Assembly (NCBI GenBank): GCA_951406725.2
Contig: OX597819.1
Location: forward strand, 106,144,001 to 106,208,000
Source of the DNA: Octopus vulgaris
Taxonomy: Eukaryota
Direction: 5' to 3'
Length of the DNA stretch: 64,000 bases
Numbering within the stretch: the stretch's first letter is position 1; every line of letters starts with the position of its first letter. Below are positions 27,855 to 42,987 of this stretch, piece by piece. The position numbers and the translations under genes are program-made. The notes beneath the pieces were generated by a model. That model saw nothing but the letters and a program-made list of their open reading frames with translations, was not told the DNA's origin and did not search any database.

Positions 27855-28943
27855 GTCTGAGGCCGAGGAAGGGCGAATGGCACCGCGAGTGTCGCGTTGC
27901 TCTCAAGCAACTGTGCCGTCCTGGGTCGACCTTGAGTGACTTCAACACAACCAAAGCATTCTATAGGGGTTTAGTGGAGGGGAGGTACGACGACGAGCTC
28001 GGGGCGAACCTGGACGTCGACGAGGAGTACCTGACCCGCCTGTTCAGGACGACTTTCGGACCAGGGCCCATGGACAACTTCCAGAGATCCCTGGCCTGGC
28101 AGTGCTACCGAGAAGCGCAACCCGTTCGGGATAAGCTCTACAGACACGGCTCGAGAAACACGGGGCCGACCTGCCCGAGATGCGGTCAGAGCGACGAAAC
28201 CGTTCTGCACGCACTCGTGCAGTGTCCAACAATTTCCGACCTGTGGGCTTATGTCGAACAACTGCTGTCACGTGTAGGACGAGTCGGTTTATCAGCTGAG
28301 TCTATCGTCAATATTGTCACGCCTCCTTCCTTCAAACGGGAAGGAAGAGCTATTTTCATCATCCTTGTGGCTATGGCGAAAGAATGTATCTGGTGGACGC
28401 GTCTGAAAGGATTGGAGACAAACACTTTCCTCTCTGGTCAATCTCTCATCAACTTCTTCAAGTACCACTTGAAAAGGAAAGTGAGAGTAGAGAGGCAAGT
28501 TTTGTCTAGCGAATGTTTTAAAAAAAGATGGGTGAATGTAGCAAGAATGACGAAGCCACCTTGAGCATGATCCTATGAACCCAGAAATTGAAAACAGAGA
28601 GTTGCTTATTCGCAAAAAAAAAAAAAAAAAGAAATATAACATGTGACTCCATTGACCGAGGTTACCGTGGTCTTTTCCGTAGGCTTTTCTTTCCACGGGT
28701 AAACCTCACCTGTCCTCCCCTTTACACTTCATATTGACATTTCTGTGATAACGATCCCTATTGATCAATTTTTTTCCTCTCCCCCCTTTTTTTAACCCCC
28801 CTTTTTGTCCTCTTTCTCTCCTTTTACGATCCCTTTTGATCGAAACTCCTCCTTCCTTTTTTTTTTTTTTAAACCTTCAAAAGAAAAGATCTACCTTGTA
28901 ATTTGTTCTATCTGTGTGCAGCCCTATGTGGCTAATAAAGAAA
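27855..28943 (+). mobile_element. 5'-truncated L1/Tx1-clade LINE (ORF2 C-terminal zinc finger and 3' UTR)
   Basis: ORF 27932-28564 reads LAWQCYREAQPVRDKL...CPRCGQSDETVLHALVQCP..LW..IWWTR (zf-RVT CCHC). The pyrimidine-rich UTR ends in AATAAAGAAA. Confidence 0.9.
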
Positions 28944-28944
28944 C

Positions 28945-29092
<148 letters not shown>

Positions 29093-29792
29093 ATAGCTGG
29101 CTAGCTATAGTGGAGTGTTTCTCATAGACAGGGATGGTTGTGAGCTCTGATAGGAAAGTGTTGGAAAATTACCTTATTTTATAAAATTCAGATGGCTTTT
29201 ATAGCCATAAATCTTAAGGTATCAAGAATCTGCATGGAGAAGAGGTAATTCAATGGAGACTCTAATTTATAAAGAAACATATTTTTTTTTACCTTTTACC
29301 CGTTTCAATCATTGGTCTGTGATCATGCTCGGGCACAACGACAAACACATACATTCACACATACATACATATATTCTTGAAGTCACAAGAATTTTATTAA
29401 CTTTCGAGTGAACGTGAAATAAATAATTTTTGCAACAGTATATCTCGAAGCACACATATGTCATGTCTACAGCAGATATTTGCTCATGTTTCGCAGACAA
29501 ATCTCGTTCTACTGTCCAAAACTGTATTTCAAACCAATATTTACATGGTAAATTATATAACTTTATGCGTAGGTTTCGAGAAAATAATATTCCTAAAAAT
29601 TATTGTTCTATTTTGTCTCGAAACTTAAAAAAATTCTAGTGACGTTAGACACGTCTGATCTTTGTTACCAATTTTTTCGGATCTTGTAGAATCGCATATG
29701 CTCGGAACGTAAATGACATTTTCCTAAGCATAAAGCTAATACATTGTTTGTTCTTTCTATCTCTTCGTGTAACTTTTAAATTTTTGCACCGC

Positions 29793-29876
<84 letters not shown>

Positions 29877-30107
29877 ATGTGTGTGTGCATGTATGTATAT
29901 ATTTATATATATGTTTATATGCATATATATATATATATATATACATACGATGGGCTTCTTTTAGTTTCCGCCTACCAAATCCACTCACAAGGCATTGGAC
30001 GGCCCGAAGCTATAGTAAAAGACACTTGCCCAATGTGTGGGACTTGACCCGAAAACCAAGTGGTTGAGAAGCAAGCTTCTTACTGCACAACCATGTGCAT
30101 ATATATG

Positions 30108-30166
<59 letters not shown>

Positions 30167-30189
30167 GTATGTATGCATGTATATATATA

Positions 30190-30378
30190 ATGTTAATCCA
30201 AACAAGAAAGCACAAAAAACACAACAACGCGAGGACGTGGAACAAATATAGTATTATTGGACGCTCAGGAAAGAAGGAAAGAAGGAGGGTTTAACGTTTC
30301 GAGCGGAGCTCTTCGTCGGAAACATAAGAGAAGGGAAAACAGAGGGAAAAAAATCGCCAACGGCACACACAACGTAAC
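30190..30378 (-). mobile_element. Short hammerhead-bearing element (copies at 61885-62100 and a partial one at 3488-3590)
   Basis: Near-identical dispersed copies flanked by TA-rich microsatellite. Confidence 0.75.
30289..30323 (-). ncRNA. Minimal hammerhead-like motif (core CCGACGA)
   Basis: GTTT-CCGACGA-A-GAGC tcc GCTC-GAAA-CG-TT-AAAC. Confidence 0.65.
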
Positions 30379-30398
30379 ATATATATATATATGTATTA

Positions 30399-30442
<44 letters not shown>

Positions 30443-30905
30443 CATAAAATATACAACGGCTTTCGTTTAGTTTTCCTAGGTTAAATCTAAGGCTTTGGTG
30501 CGCCCGGGGCTTTAGCAGACAGAAGACATTTTTCCCAAAATACCATGGAATCTGCACTGAATCTATGGCCACATAGCTTCAGGAATCGGGAAGTTATGCA
30601 GTCCTACCTGCGCCTAATAGGTGCAAATTTCTTTAATATATTTCAGTTTTCTTTCACTTCTCAAGGCTGAAAGCCATAGGCGTCACAAATCCTTCGGCGA
30701 CTTACAAAATACAATGGAATACTTAATGCATGCACCTACCATAAAAAAGTGATTTGGACTGCCTAAATTTCGTCAGGAAACTATATTAAAAACTGAAAAC
30801 AAAGTCAGTGCTTTTAGAGAGGAAAGGGATTTATATCTAATCGCTAAGATTTCAGAAAGCAAGGAACTAAACCGACGCATTGGATATTGTTGTAATAGAC
30901 AACAT

Positions 30906-30976
<71 letters not shown>

Positions 30977-30991
30977 TTACTACTACTACTA
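30906..30991. repeat. (CTA)n microsatellite
   Basis: Direct observation; source of the poly-Ser pseudo-ORF. Confidence 0.95.
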
Positions 30992-31244
30992 CCAATATTA
31001 TTGTAGGTGTGTCTGTTGCGTATATATTTATAGCAATATTTTAATAAACATGTATGGATATATGTATGTATATATATATATATATATACATACATATACA
31101 TATATATATATATATATACATACATATACCTATATATATATATACATACATACATATATACATACATACATATATATTTTTTTCTCTGGTTTCAGCTCAG
31201 AGCTGTATCCATGCTGATGCACCACCGTTTTGCTACAATGTTAT

Positions 31245-31284
<40 letters not shown>

Positions 31285-31645
31285 TTTTGCTCGTCTAAAT
31301 GCGGTGCACCAGCATGGCCGCAGTCAAATGACTGAAGCAAATAAAAGAATAAAAACGTATACACACACACACACACACACATACACAAACACACACACAG
31401 GCTTATATGCTCACGCATGAAGGTTCGTAGTCTTATGGTGGCTTTATAGGATCATGATATGTAATTCATAGGTTCGATACCGAGATCCATCTGCGTATTG
31501 TGCGCTAGAACACAATATGAAGTGATCACGTAGCTCCCTCCCTCTCTCTCTCTCAGTATATAGGCCCAGGGCCACGCTAATGGCTAAAGATTTCTGTTTT
31601 TTTTTAAAATTGATTCTGATAGAGCTTTTCCCATTTGGATTGTAT

Positions 31646-32946
31646 CATATGGTAACACCATTGTTATGTTTTCCTTAAACTGTATAACGTCCTTTCTTTC
31701 TTAGTTCTGACTCTTCAGTCTTGGGGTGAAAGGACGTGGAAAAGGCCTTAATGGTGAGGAAAAAAGTCTGTCATCATCAAGGAAAGTGCTAAAGACACTT
31801 TCCTTGATGATGACAGATTTTCATACCATTGCAGAGAAATTTGGTCGTCATGTGGACACGGTTAGACGATTTCTGAAAGACCTTTCGCCAACGAAAAAAC
31901 GATCCGATTATGAAACCTCCAACACTTTGTCAGCTAAGGATTTAAGAAATATTGGCCGCAAGTTACGTGGGAAACCTGGACGAACAAGCAAAGCCATTTT
32001 GTATGCCTCATGTACCAAAAACCACCAGAAATCACATCCTCAGGACCATGACGTCTGTGCGAGAACCTCTGAAACTCCCTCCTTTACCGCCCGATAACAG
32101 GAGTTTGAGGCTTCAATGGGCCCAAAAGTACTTGACGTTAGTCATGAGTTGTTTTCTATTCGTTGACGAAACTAGAGAGATCCTTCACGGATCTGACGGT
32201 TGGGCAAAAGGTTGGCTCTATTTTGGAGATGAGCGTCACCAATATTTACGACGTCGACAACTGGGAGGAGGAGTCATATTGTGGGCTGGGTTCATTGGGG
32301 TCCAATCAAAGTGCATCAAGGGGTTTAAAGTGACCGCAGCCGCCTACTGCAATGCCCGGAACGAGGTCTTGGATCCCAGGTTAGATGACATACCACTGTC
32401 ACTTCTAAGGAATCTCGTATTCATGCATAACAACGCTCCTTCCCACTCTGCTAGGACCACCCAAATATTACTAGGGTCTTATGACATACAAGGTGTGGCC
32501 ACTAGCATCTCTGGATCTCAACGCTATCGAAAATCTTTGATCCATCATTAAGCAAGATGTTTATGCCGATGGACGCCAATTTACGTCGAAAGATGTCTTA
32601 TAGACGACCATCAAAGCTGCAGCAGAGGCAGTCCAACCTGCTACTATTAAGAAATTGATAGATTCCATGTCTAATAGGGTCTTTGAAGTTATCGGTAGAA
32701 ATGGCGTTCATGTGGCTAAATAATTCATTATGTCAATAAATGTTATAAGTTTATGATAGTTTTCTGTTAAATATATACTCAATGTACTCATTACACTTCA
32801 TTTTCTGAAAAAAATATATCTAGTTAGATTATTTTCATTCAAAAGCTTTTAGCGTGGTTTAACCAAAAAGTGAAGACTGAAAAAAAAAAAAAAGCGAATG
32901 GACGTTACACAGAATGATGAAAACATAACAATGGTGTTACCAAAGT
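31646..32946 (+). mobile_element. Full-length decayed Tc1 transposon with ~45-bp TIRs
   Basis: TIRs ggtaacaccattgttatgttttc (31651) and gaaaacataacaatggtgttacc (ending 32941). Frameshifted ORF 31726-32720 has IAEKFGRHVDTVRRF, FVDETR, GGGVILWAG and FMHNNAPSHSA. Confidence 0.92.
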
Positions 32947-33427
32947 GTGCAAATCAGGTCAGGTGGGAGAATTTTTATTAAAACAAATTCACAGAAAATC
33001 GAGAAATTCTAAATTCACCCCTAAGCTATTGGCGTGGTTCAGGTTGTACACACACACACACACACACACATACACACAGAAACACACACGCGCCCGCCCA
33101 CACAGAGATATAACTACTGTCTCGTTACCCACGACTTGTATGGCCGCTTACCCGGTTTCCAAGGCGTATAAGTACTCGAGATCCTAACAACCCAGGTAAA
33201 AGGGCGAGGGTCACTCATTTACCGCGGAATGGATTGGCACAACGTCAAATGGAGATTTTGCTCAAGAAGAAAACGCATCTCCCGGAAAGGGGATCGAAAC
33301 CACGACTTCCCCTCGTGCCTTCATACTCATAATCTCATGCATATATGTAAGTTATGTGTGTGTGGTGTGTGTTTGTATGTATATATATATATATATATGT
33401 AATATGTGACAATTATTCGGTAGCCAT

Positions 33428-33488
33428 GATAAAACTCCGAGTTTCGGATGCCGAGGTGGAAATCCACGCCGCCATCTCTTCAGTTATC
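33428..33488 (-). ncRNA. Hammerhead-like motif (CUGAAGA core, long stem II)
   Basis: GATAA-CTGAAGA-GATG..GTGG attt CCAC..CATC-C-GAAA-CTCGGAG-TT-TTATC. A second copy is at 60738-60798. Confidence 0.6.
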
Positions 33489-33590
33489 CGGGCTGCCGAA
33501 TAATTGTCACATATTATATTTACAGATAAATTCCTCTATTTACTTAATATTGAGGTCTCTTTCACTCTTTCGTTGTCTTACCATTTCTAT

Positions 33591-33679
<89 letters not shown>

Positions 33680-33717
33680 CATATACATATTTCTATCTAT
33701 CTATCTACATATATGTA

Positions 33718-33762
<45 letters not shown>

Positions 33763-34205
33763 ACGTATGCATGACTGTATTCATCTATGTATCTATGTAT
33801 ATGTGGATAGCTGTATGAACGGTAAATAAATATGGATCAAAGTTTCCGATAATGATTTTTCGGTCATGAGATTAATTAAACTACGAGGTTCACTAAATGA
33901 ACGAGCAAGCAGCTGAGTTTCTCACAGGGCTGTCTACCTTAATGCAAATGTCAGCTAGAATTAGCGTGACATGGTCTCAAAATTACAGTTTTATAAAACT
34001 GGTTCTAATTAGCCGACGGGGTGCTACACGGTTTCCGTCTGCGTGGTTTCTCTCACAGAACACGGCTGAACCCACGGATTTAGAAAAATATACTTGTGGA
34101 AGATACCCCGCTGTGGAATAGAATCGTGTACTTTGTGTCTGAGAAGCGAAACTCTTTGCCATTCTCCCATATTACCACTACACCTCCCGCATACACACAT
34201 AGCAC

Positions 34206-34337
<132 letters not shown>

Positions 34338-34884
34338 GTCTGTCTGTCTATTTATCTATGTGTGTATGTGTATGTGTATGTGTATGTATATATATGTATA
34401 TATATATATGTATGTATATATAGATATATATCACATGCACATGCATACATAACTCATAACAGAAGCAACGTGGTCTATTCGTCAGCGTGTTTGGCTCACA
34501 AATACAAGTTCGTGGTTTCGATTCCTGGACCAAGCGACGTTTTGTGTCTCGTAGCAAAACATTGCTTTAGCCTATTAGCCAAAAATTCGTGGCAACCTTA
34601 GGCTTCTCTCCTTTCAGCACTCACTTCCTGAAGTTCTACCAGGTTGAGAGTGCTGAGTGTCTGCGTAGTTTTGTGACTTGAGAAATCCGGACCGAATGCT
34701 TGCAACACAGTAGACGCCTCCTTAAAAGTATCGAAATTGCTAGGTGATTAAACTGCAGGCGTATAAGCTCAACCACCTGTATATACCACAGCGTGGTGAC
34801 TTGAACTCAGATTGAAATAGCCGGGACAATACCGGCATATCACTCGCTCACGCATACATACAGATACATACTCATACGTATATA

Positions 34885-35103
34885 CGAGGGGTACTGAAAG
34901 GTTCCTGGTTTTGGGTAAAAGTATATACAAGAGAATCAGTTAATAATGATTTTATTCATGATATTCCCCTCTCAGATTCACACAGTTATTGTAGTTATTC
35001 CTCCAGGTTCTTTCTAAGCCCTGTAAAACAATTCGGAAGGTTGAGCTTCAAACCAGATTTTTAACGATATCCTTAAAGCCAGGAACTTTTCAGTACTTCC
35101 TGG
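34885..35103 (+). mobile_element. Mariner-type MITE
   Basis: TA-cgaggggtactgaaaggttcctgg ... ccaggaacttttcagtacttcctgg-TA. Confidence 0.85.
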
Positions 35104-36115
35104 TATATATACTCGAGTTACAAACCAAGCAAGTAGAGGCTATGTGGTTTCGAGTCCAGCTAGAAATTGTTGTCTAATTTATCTCTGGTCAGCTTAGCAC
35201 CTTAAACTAACAATAGATATATTATAGCCGTCATAGAATATTTGAACAGACGGGAGATAACCATTGTTGGAACGCATTTCATGATATGTACGTTTTGCTT
35301 GTTCAGAGTTGTCATGGGGCTAGATAACAATAGCAGCTACTCGTATTTTATTACTCATCTATAGAGAGATTTTATGGCTGATCAATATACTAGAAATAGC
35401 TGCTAAATCTCCTCCAAATGGCACATTACATTCTTAACTAGGGAAAGGACATTATCGGCAATGTAGAGTTATGTATAGAGATTAGGCAGGGAGGTCATGG
35501 TTGGAATACATATTTTTATAAATCTGTTCGGCTGGACTAATGCTGAGTTAAGTTCAGAAAGATAAGAGCATTAAAACTATTTACAGAAATAGCAATAACT
35601 TTAAGAACTATATCAATAACAACTACAGTACAACCAAATATGTAGTATACGGCATTCTCAGCCTTCAATAAATAGCAACCAAAATCCCCTTTCCGATCAC
35701 ACAATAGTATTGTAAGTTTGAAAAGAACATACCTGGACGATATACAAAATTATAAGTTTGGGTGGATGTGCGTGTGCGGCGATGTGTGTGAGCGTAAGCG
35801 TGAAATCGTGAGCGTGTGTGTGTGTGTGTGAGTAATGTATGAATCATTTATCCATTACTTTTTAACTTTTACTTCTTTCAATCATTGAACTGAGACCATG
35901 CTGGGGTACCGGCGTGAAATGTTTAAGTTGAACTGATTGACACCTGTATTGATTTTAAAACTGTCATTTATTCCGTCGCTCTATTTTTGCCAAACAATCT
36001 AATTTACGTTGACGTAAACAAACCAATACCGCTTGTCAAGCTATGTGGGGATGGTGGCAAACAAAGACACAAACAAAGACACAAAGACACAAAGACAGAC
36101 ACACACACACACGTA

Positions 36116-36147
<32 letters not shown>

Positions 36148-36149
<2 letters not shown>

Positions 36150-36545
36150 CGCAGGAGTGGCTGTGTGGTAAGTAGCTTGATAACCAACCACATGGTTCCG
36201 GGTTCAGTCCCACTGCGTGGCACCTTGGGCAAGTGTCTTCTGCTATAGCCCGGGCCGACCAATGCCTTGTGAGTGGATTTGGTAGACGGAAACTGAAAGA
36301 AGCCCCTCGTATATATGTATATATATATATATGTGTGTGTATGCTTGTTTGCCCCAACATTGCTTGACAACCGATGCTGGTGTGTTTACGTCCCCGTTAC
36401 CTAGCAGTTCGGCAAAAGAGACCGATAGAATAAGTACTGGGCTTACAAAAGAATAAGTCTCGGAGTCGAGTTGCTCGATTAAAGGCGGTGCTCCAGCATG
36501 GCCGCAGTCAAATGACTGAAACAACTAAAAGAGTAAAAGGGAGAG
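36148..36545 (+). mobile_element. CORE-like tRNA-derived SINE, family A (resembles octopus OR-type SINEs)
   Basis: Head ggcgcaggagtggctgtgtggtaag..ggttcagtccc, CORE-like gtggcaccttgggcaagtg, an internal microsatellite, and tail cagtcaaatgactgaaacaa. Confidence 0.85.
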
Positions 36546-37124
36546 TATATATTACACGACGGTCTTCCGCACAGTTTCAGTCTACCAAATTCACTCTCAA
36601 AGCACTGGTCAGCCGGACCCTAATGTGGAAGACATCCTAGGTGTCGCGCAGTGTGACTGATGCTGAAACCATGTGGTTGCAATGTAAACTTCTGAACCAC
36701 ACAACCATGGCTGCCCTTATGCACACAATATGCGTAGTACGCTCGAATAATTAAAAACTTTGCTTCGCAACTCCAATTTCGTGCACATCTCGTAAGCTCT
36801 TCCCTAAACGTGCTTTGCTAACCTTAGATAGACCCATAACATGCTCCTGAAATTAGTTAAATGAAGACTGTATAGAAGCCCGTCAGGTGGATGGTTAAAA
36901 AAATATCCAAAGGCACAGCCTTGTCACTGTATTACACTGATTCTACCTGAGAATTATGTTAATGGTACACATGTCAGTTGAATGCGTTACCACTTTACAT
37001 GTTAATTCAGAAGTTAGTTACGCATGCAAGTGAACTCCTGAATCTTTATCGTCAAACGACGGAGATCCACCACTCGATCTGTATGCATTTATGTATGTGC
37101 ATACGTATAAAAAATAAATGCACT

Positions 37125-37343
37125 CTTTTAAAGCCTAGGCAGGCTAATGGGCCCGGTTTCCCGGTTTCTATGGCGTATGTGATCCCCATCTGGACGGGAC
37201 GCCAGTCCATCCCAGCATTACCCATTTTTGCCAGCTGAATGGACTGGAGCAACGTGAAATGAAGTGATTTGCTCAAGAACACAACGTGTCACCCGGTCCA
37301 GGAATCGAAACCACATCTTACGATCATGATGCTGACACCCTAC
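37125..37343 (-). mobile_element. tRNA-derived SINE, family B variant
   Basis: Shares ggactggagcaacgtgaaat..gctcaagaacacaac with 41262 and 59971. Confidence 0.75.
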
Positions 37344-38358
37344 CCCTAAACCACGCGCCTCCACATGTGCATATATATGCCTACATAATTACACATATGT
37401 ATGTGAGTGTGCATGTATGTATGTTTATATGTGTGTACGTATGTGTGTATGTATTTATGTATCTCTGTATTTATGGATAGATAGATGGATATACATGCGA
37501 TATATACACATAGGTTAGTCATACCGGTGTAGCCTTCAATTCACGTCCATAAACTTCTAGATCAACTAATAAAATGAAAATGCAGCTAAATTTTATTTCG
37601 TCGTTTTTTACAACTTATTGTTAAAAGAAAAAAAAAAAGAATGAAGAGAGAAACTTGAGAATGATATTTAGAAATATAATATGAGTATGGGGATAAAGTC
37701 ATCCAAAAATGATAAATATAAACAAGAAGAACTTACGAAATGATAAGAAAAGGAATAAAACCTGCTTGTGAAATACCAGATGACAATTTGGAATAAAAGG
37801 TAGTAAATGTGAATAAAGAATTAGAATTGGAATAAAAGATTAGAAGTGGAATAAAATACGGGAATAGGAGTAAAAGTTGATAAAGAGAAGCCAGAAAGTA
37901 GCCAAAAAGAGAGAAAGAAAAGAGAATGGATATAAAGAACGAAAATGTGGAATAAAAGATAAGAAAATATAAAAGACATGGTAAGAATGAAAATAAAAGT
38001 GAGATTTTGAAATAAAAGAGGTATTTCCTGAATTGAAATGAAATGTAAGTGTGAGACTAAAAAGATGAGAAAGCGAACGAGAATAAAAGTTGGTAATAAA
38101 AACAAAAATAGTTACGAAGACTTACCGTGTGCTGTAATCAAAAGTATCCGAATGTAAATCGATTCCTTACAGGAAATACTAAATGTCAAACTTTACCCTT
38201 GTATATATATATAGATATATATATATATATATGTATATGTGTATGCGCGTGTATGTGTGTGTATGTGTGTAGTAAAGATGTTCAGATATTTGATCAAAGT
38301 ATAGGTATGTTTACCTCATATACTATGTCAAATAGATAATCCCTTTCAGAGAATACTG

Positions 38359-38400
<42 letters not shown>

Positions 38401-39096
38401 GTATATATGTATATATGTATTATATTATATTATGCATATAATGTATATATATATATATGTATATTTACACGCACATACGTATGTGTGTGTGTGTGTGTGC
38501 GTGTATGTATGTGTCCGTGTTTGTGTGAGTGTGTATATATATATTCTCGGCAAATGCCGTATCAGAGCAATCTAATAATGGTGCACATCTTTGTTACATC
38601 CTTCGTGAAAAATCAGTCTTTTAGCATCAACACACACACACGCGCGCCCACATAGATATCACATAACACAGTCCGGACACATATTCACTGACACTATACA
38701 TGTATTCGTGTGAGTGTGTGTGTGTGTACGGATATATATGCAGAGATAGGATAGATAGATAGATAAATAGATAGATAGATAAATAGATAGATACATAAAT
38801 AGATAGATAGATGTAGATACGGACAGGGGCGGAGAGAGAGAGAGAGAGAGACAGAACGTGTGGAAGAGAGGAAGGCGGAAGCGGATTTGAAGATGTAAAC
38901 TTTTGCTGTCTGCGCTAAAGTTGTAAGAACCTCTGTCTATACTGACGCCCAGTGATTGATGTCAACGGTTATAGTGTAAGTAATGGAATCGATGGCTTGA
39001 GGTGTCCCCTACCGAAGCAAAATGCCTTTTCATGCAGTCGCTGTGCTGCTGCTGCTGCTGCTATTACTACTGCTATTATTACAAGAAGATATATTA

Positions 39097-39136
<40 letters not shown>

Positions 39137-39192
39137 TTTACTCTTTTACTTAGTATTTATATATACCTTTATCAATATCTATCTATCTATTA

Positions 39193-39250
<58 letters not shown>

Positions 39251-40066
39251 ATATCTATCTATCTACCTATCTATCTATCTGTCCATATCTATAGTGTCTG
39301 ACCTATCAAACCCTTAAGTAAATACACTGATTTCTATGAAAAATACATGTGTGCGTGTGTGTGTGTGTTTGTGTGTGTGCCTGTATATATAAACGATATG
39401 TATTATTTACTACAATATATTCACAGATTCATATTATCTTATAGGTTAAAGATCAGCCGATTAATCATATGAAGACATATATATGTGTATGTGCATGAGT
39501 ATATGTGTGTGTATGTGTGTGTATTTAAGTATATATAAGCCTGCACGTACCACACATGACTACATACAGTATATATAAAATATAACGTGAAGTATTTATG
39601 TATATATGTATATATGTAAGCATGTATATATGTATGTATATATGTAAGTATGTAGTCATGAATGCATGTGCATGTATTTGTATCTATTTATATTTGTATC
39701 TATTTCAGTGCTGTGTCATCAGAATATAATTAAAGCATGTGTCTGTTTATACAACTTCATCCTCCGTGTCTGCTATCAGAGAGTGCGACTACTCCAGCGC
39801 TGTGTTTTCTGTTTGCTTCGCGTGATTATTCGAACAATAATGATGTGTTTAATGTGGATTTCTTAAATTATCACCTCGCATTGGCTCACCGTCATTTAAG
39901 ACGGTGGTTGCTTGACCTTCTAGGAATCATATTTATATTTACCTGAATTCCCACGCGGCTATTTAAAAAAAAAAAAATTGAGAAGAAAATTTTATTAAAG
40001 CATTCTCGGAAACTGTCAGTCTCTTTAAACACACACACACAACGTATACATACATACACTCATATA

Positions 40067-40109
<43 letters not shown>

Positions 40110-40438
40110 TCACACTCACATAGGCACGTACGCACATACACATATACACACAGATACGCAGACACACGTGCATTCAAATACGAGTGAGGCGCAGCTGGAA
40201 TGCTTTCCTGATAAGTTTGGTCAATGATTAAAGTTTATAGGGATTTAGAAATAAACAGCAAAACCACAGGTGGGCTGAGCTGTAAGAAGCTTATTTCGAA
40301 TTACACATAGTCTCATGCACATGCAGAAATATATGTATATGTCTGTAAGCACATCACTCGCGCACACACTAACACAGACCCAATAACACACGCACACACA
40401 CGCACATATATGTATATATATATATATATGTATGTATG

Positions 40439-40481
<43 letters not shown>

Positions 40482-40567
40482 GTGTATATAGACTACGTAT
40501 ATATAGATATGTAGAAATACATATAAAAATGTGCAAATGTAATTCATATATATAATTTATTTATATA

Positions 40568-40717
40568 GGCGCAAGCATGGCTGTGTGGTAAGTAGGTTGC
40601 TTCTCAACTACATGGTTCCGCGTTCAGTCCCACTGGCGAAGTGTTTTCTACTATAGCCTCGAGCCGACCAAAGCCTTGTGAGTAGATTTGGTAGCCAGAA
40701 ACTGAAAGAAGCCCGTC

Positions 40718-40789
<72 letters not shown>

Positions 40790-41005
40790 TTGTGTATATG
40801 TGTATGTCCCCTCTCCATCGCTCGACAACCGATGCTGGTGTGTTTACGTCCCCGTAACGTAGCGGTTCGGCAAAAGCAGGCGATAGAATAAGTACTAGGC
40901 TTACAAAGAATACGTCCTGGGGTCGGCTTGTTCGACTGAAGGCGGTGCTCCAGCATGGCCGTAGTCAAATGACTGACACAAGTAAAAAAAAATAAAAGAA
41001 TAAAA
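40568..41005 (+). mobile_element. SINE family A copy
   Basis: Homologous to 36148-36545. Confidence 0.85.
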
Positions 41006-41096
41006 GTATATACATATATATGTCTTTATATGTGTCGAGTGTATGCAATCAGACGCATATATGCCTATGTGTGTATATATGCATATATACTATATT

Positions 41097-41228
<132 letters not shown>

Positions 41229-41261
41229 TACATACATATATATATATATGTATATATATGT

Positions 41262-41589
41262 AAGGGTAAAGACCCCCCTTCGGTCATGAATGACCATGGG
41301 ATTGCACCTAGAAAGTTACCCTCCTAGACACAAGTCCGGGCACGGTTGTTTATGGAAGACCAGCAGTCGCCCATGCATACCGGCCTCCCTCTCCACGCCA
41401 CCAGTGTTATCCAAGGGAAAGACAAAGGTCGATACAGCTTGGCACCAGTGACGTCGCAACTCATTTCTACAGCTGAGTGAACTGGAGCAATGTGAAATAA
41501 AGTGCCTTGCTCAAGAACACAACACACAGCCCGGTCCGGGATTTGAGCTCACAGCCTCACGATCGTAAGCTCGACGCTCTAACCACTGA

Positions 41590-41594
<5 letters not shown>
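41262..41594 (-). mobile_element. SINE family B copy inserted in (TA)n
   Basis: tRNA-like head (ggctcagtggttagagcgtcgagc on the minus strand). Tail is shared with 52291 and 59971. Confidence 0.85.
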
Positions 41595-41647
<53 letters not shown>

Positions 41648-42987
41648 CACCTCCCCCACGCGTATATGTATATATGCCTTATACCTATGCGTATTTCAGT
41701 GTTTGTATGTGTATGTGTGTGTTCCCGTTTTGTTTGCTATATATTTACTGCCTGCGCTCAAGAAGTTACTGGCAGGAAAATGGTTGGCAATTGAGGTTAT
41801 CGGACTGGTGGTATCATACTTATGACAAGGAAGTTCAAATGCGAAAGTCGAAGACATCAAACTGGAATTCTGAAAGATCTAAGTTGAAGATGAAAACTAC
41901 AGATATCTGCATAAATATTTCAAACGAAGTGACTGGAAAGACAAAAGTGACTGCTGGAAGCCACTAGCTGTAAATCACCGAGGTCAGCAGACATTCATGT
42001 CTAAGGAACTCTATGAAATAAATGCCAAGTAACTGCTGAGAGAGGTGGGCCAAGGAACGAATATAAATACGCAATTAGTTGGATACTTTTAGGGATTTGT
42101 CAGTTTATCACTGACATGCATTGATTTTGATTCTGAACATAAAGGAAATACCATTCAATTCTATGTAATAGAAGATAACATAACAGGGCAAAAGTCATTA
42201 AGGTTTACTGAGATTTTGCTATTAAACAGCAAATGAAAAATAAGGCAATTAAATTGCGTAATAGCCCCCCAGATTTACTGAAACGTAGATTGGATAGTTT
42301 TACACAGAGTTCTATATATCTCTTCTAGTTCATATGCTTTGCAGAATTGGATTTTACGCAAGTCTATTAAAGAAGAGGTACATCAGTAATTGCAACGACT
42401 GGAGAGTTACCAGACTGGTGTTTGGAATGTGTATTTGAGGTTGTGAACAGACTAAGAAGTAAATTAGACTGCAGTCTTCTTGGGCATAAAACTGGTTTTG
42501 TAGTAACAGAGTTTATTAGGAGCAAAATTTCAGGTAATAACATTATGGAGCAACGTTGTGAAATCTAGACATGTCCATATGACTTTAACGCATACAAACA
42601 AATTTTACAGTATTCTCATTTACTATTTTAATTGTTTCAGTCATTTGATTGTGGCCAAGCTGGAGCACCGCCGTTAGTCGAGCAAATCGACCTCAGAACT
42701 TATTCTTTGTAAGCCTCGTACTTATTCTATCGGTCTCTTTTTGCCGAACCGCTAAGTTACGCGGAGGTAAACACAATGTGATTGTTTGTGTACAATTCAA
42801 CTTGGGTGGTGAATCTTAGGGAGACCTTGATAGAAAAGTCTGTGAAAAGCATATGCTGTGACATGGATTTCATTACTCGGGCTACATGATAAGGAAAAGT
42901 GGAAGTGAGAGTTATCATGGGTGGGTAGCAAACGGTGTAAGAGAAGCAAGTTTACATCCACTCCTACGTAAATCATGTATCGTATAT

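Noticed and set aside
30844-31167. Poly-Ser ORF
   Set aside because: Product of the (CTA)n microsatellite.
41700-42600. Gypsy-like pol/gag relic (also 42790-42970 and 43510-43700)
   Set aside because: Only faint peptide resemblance, with no LTR or PBS seen; insufficient support.
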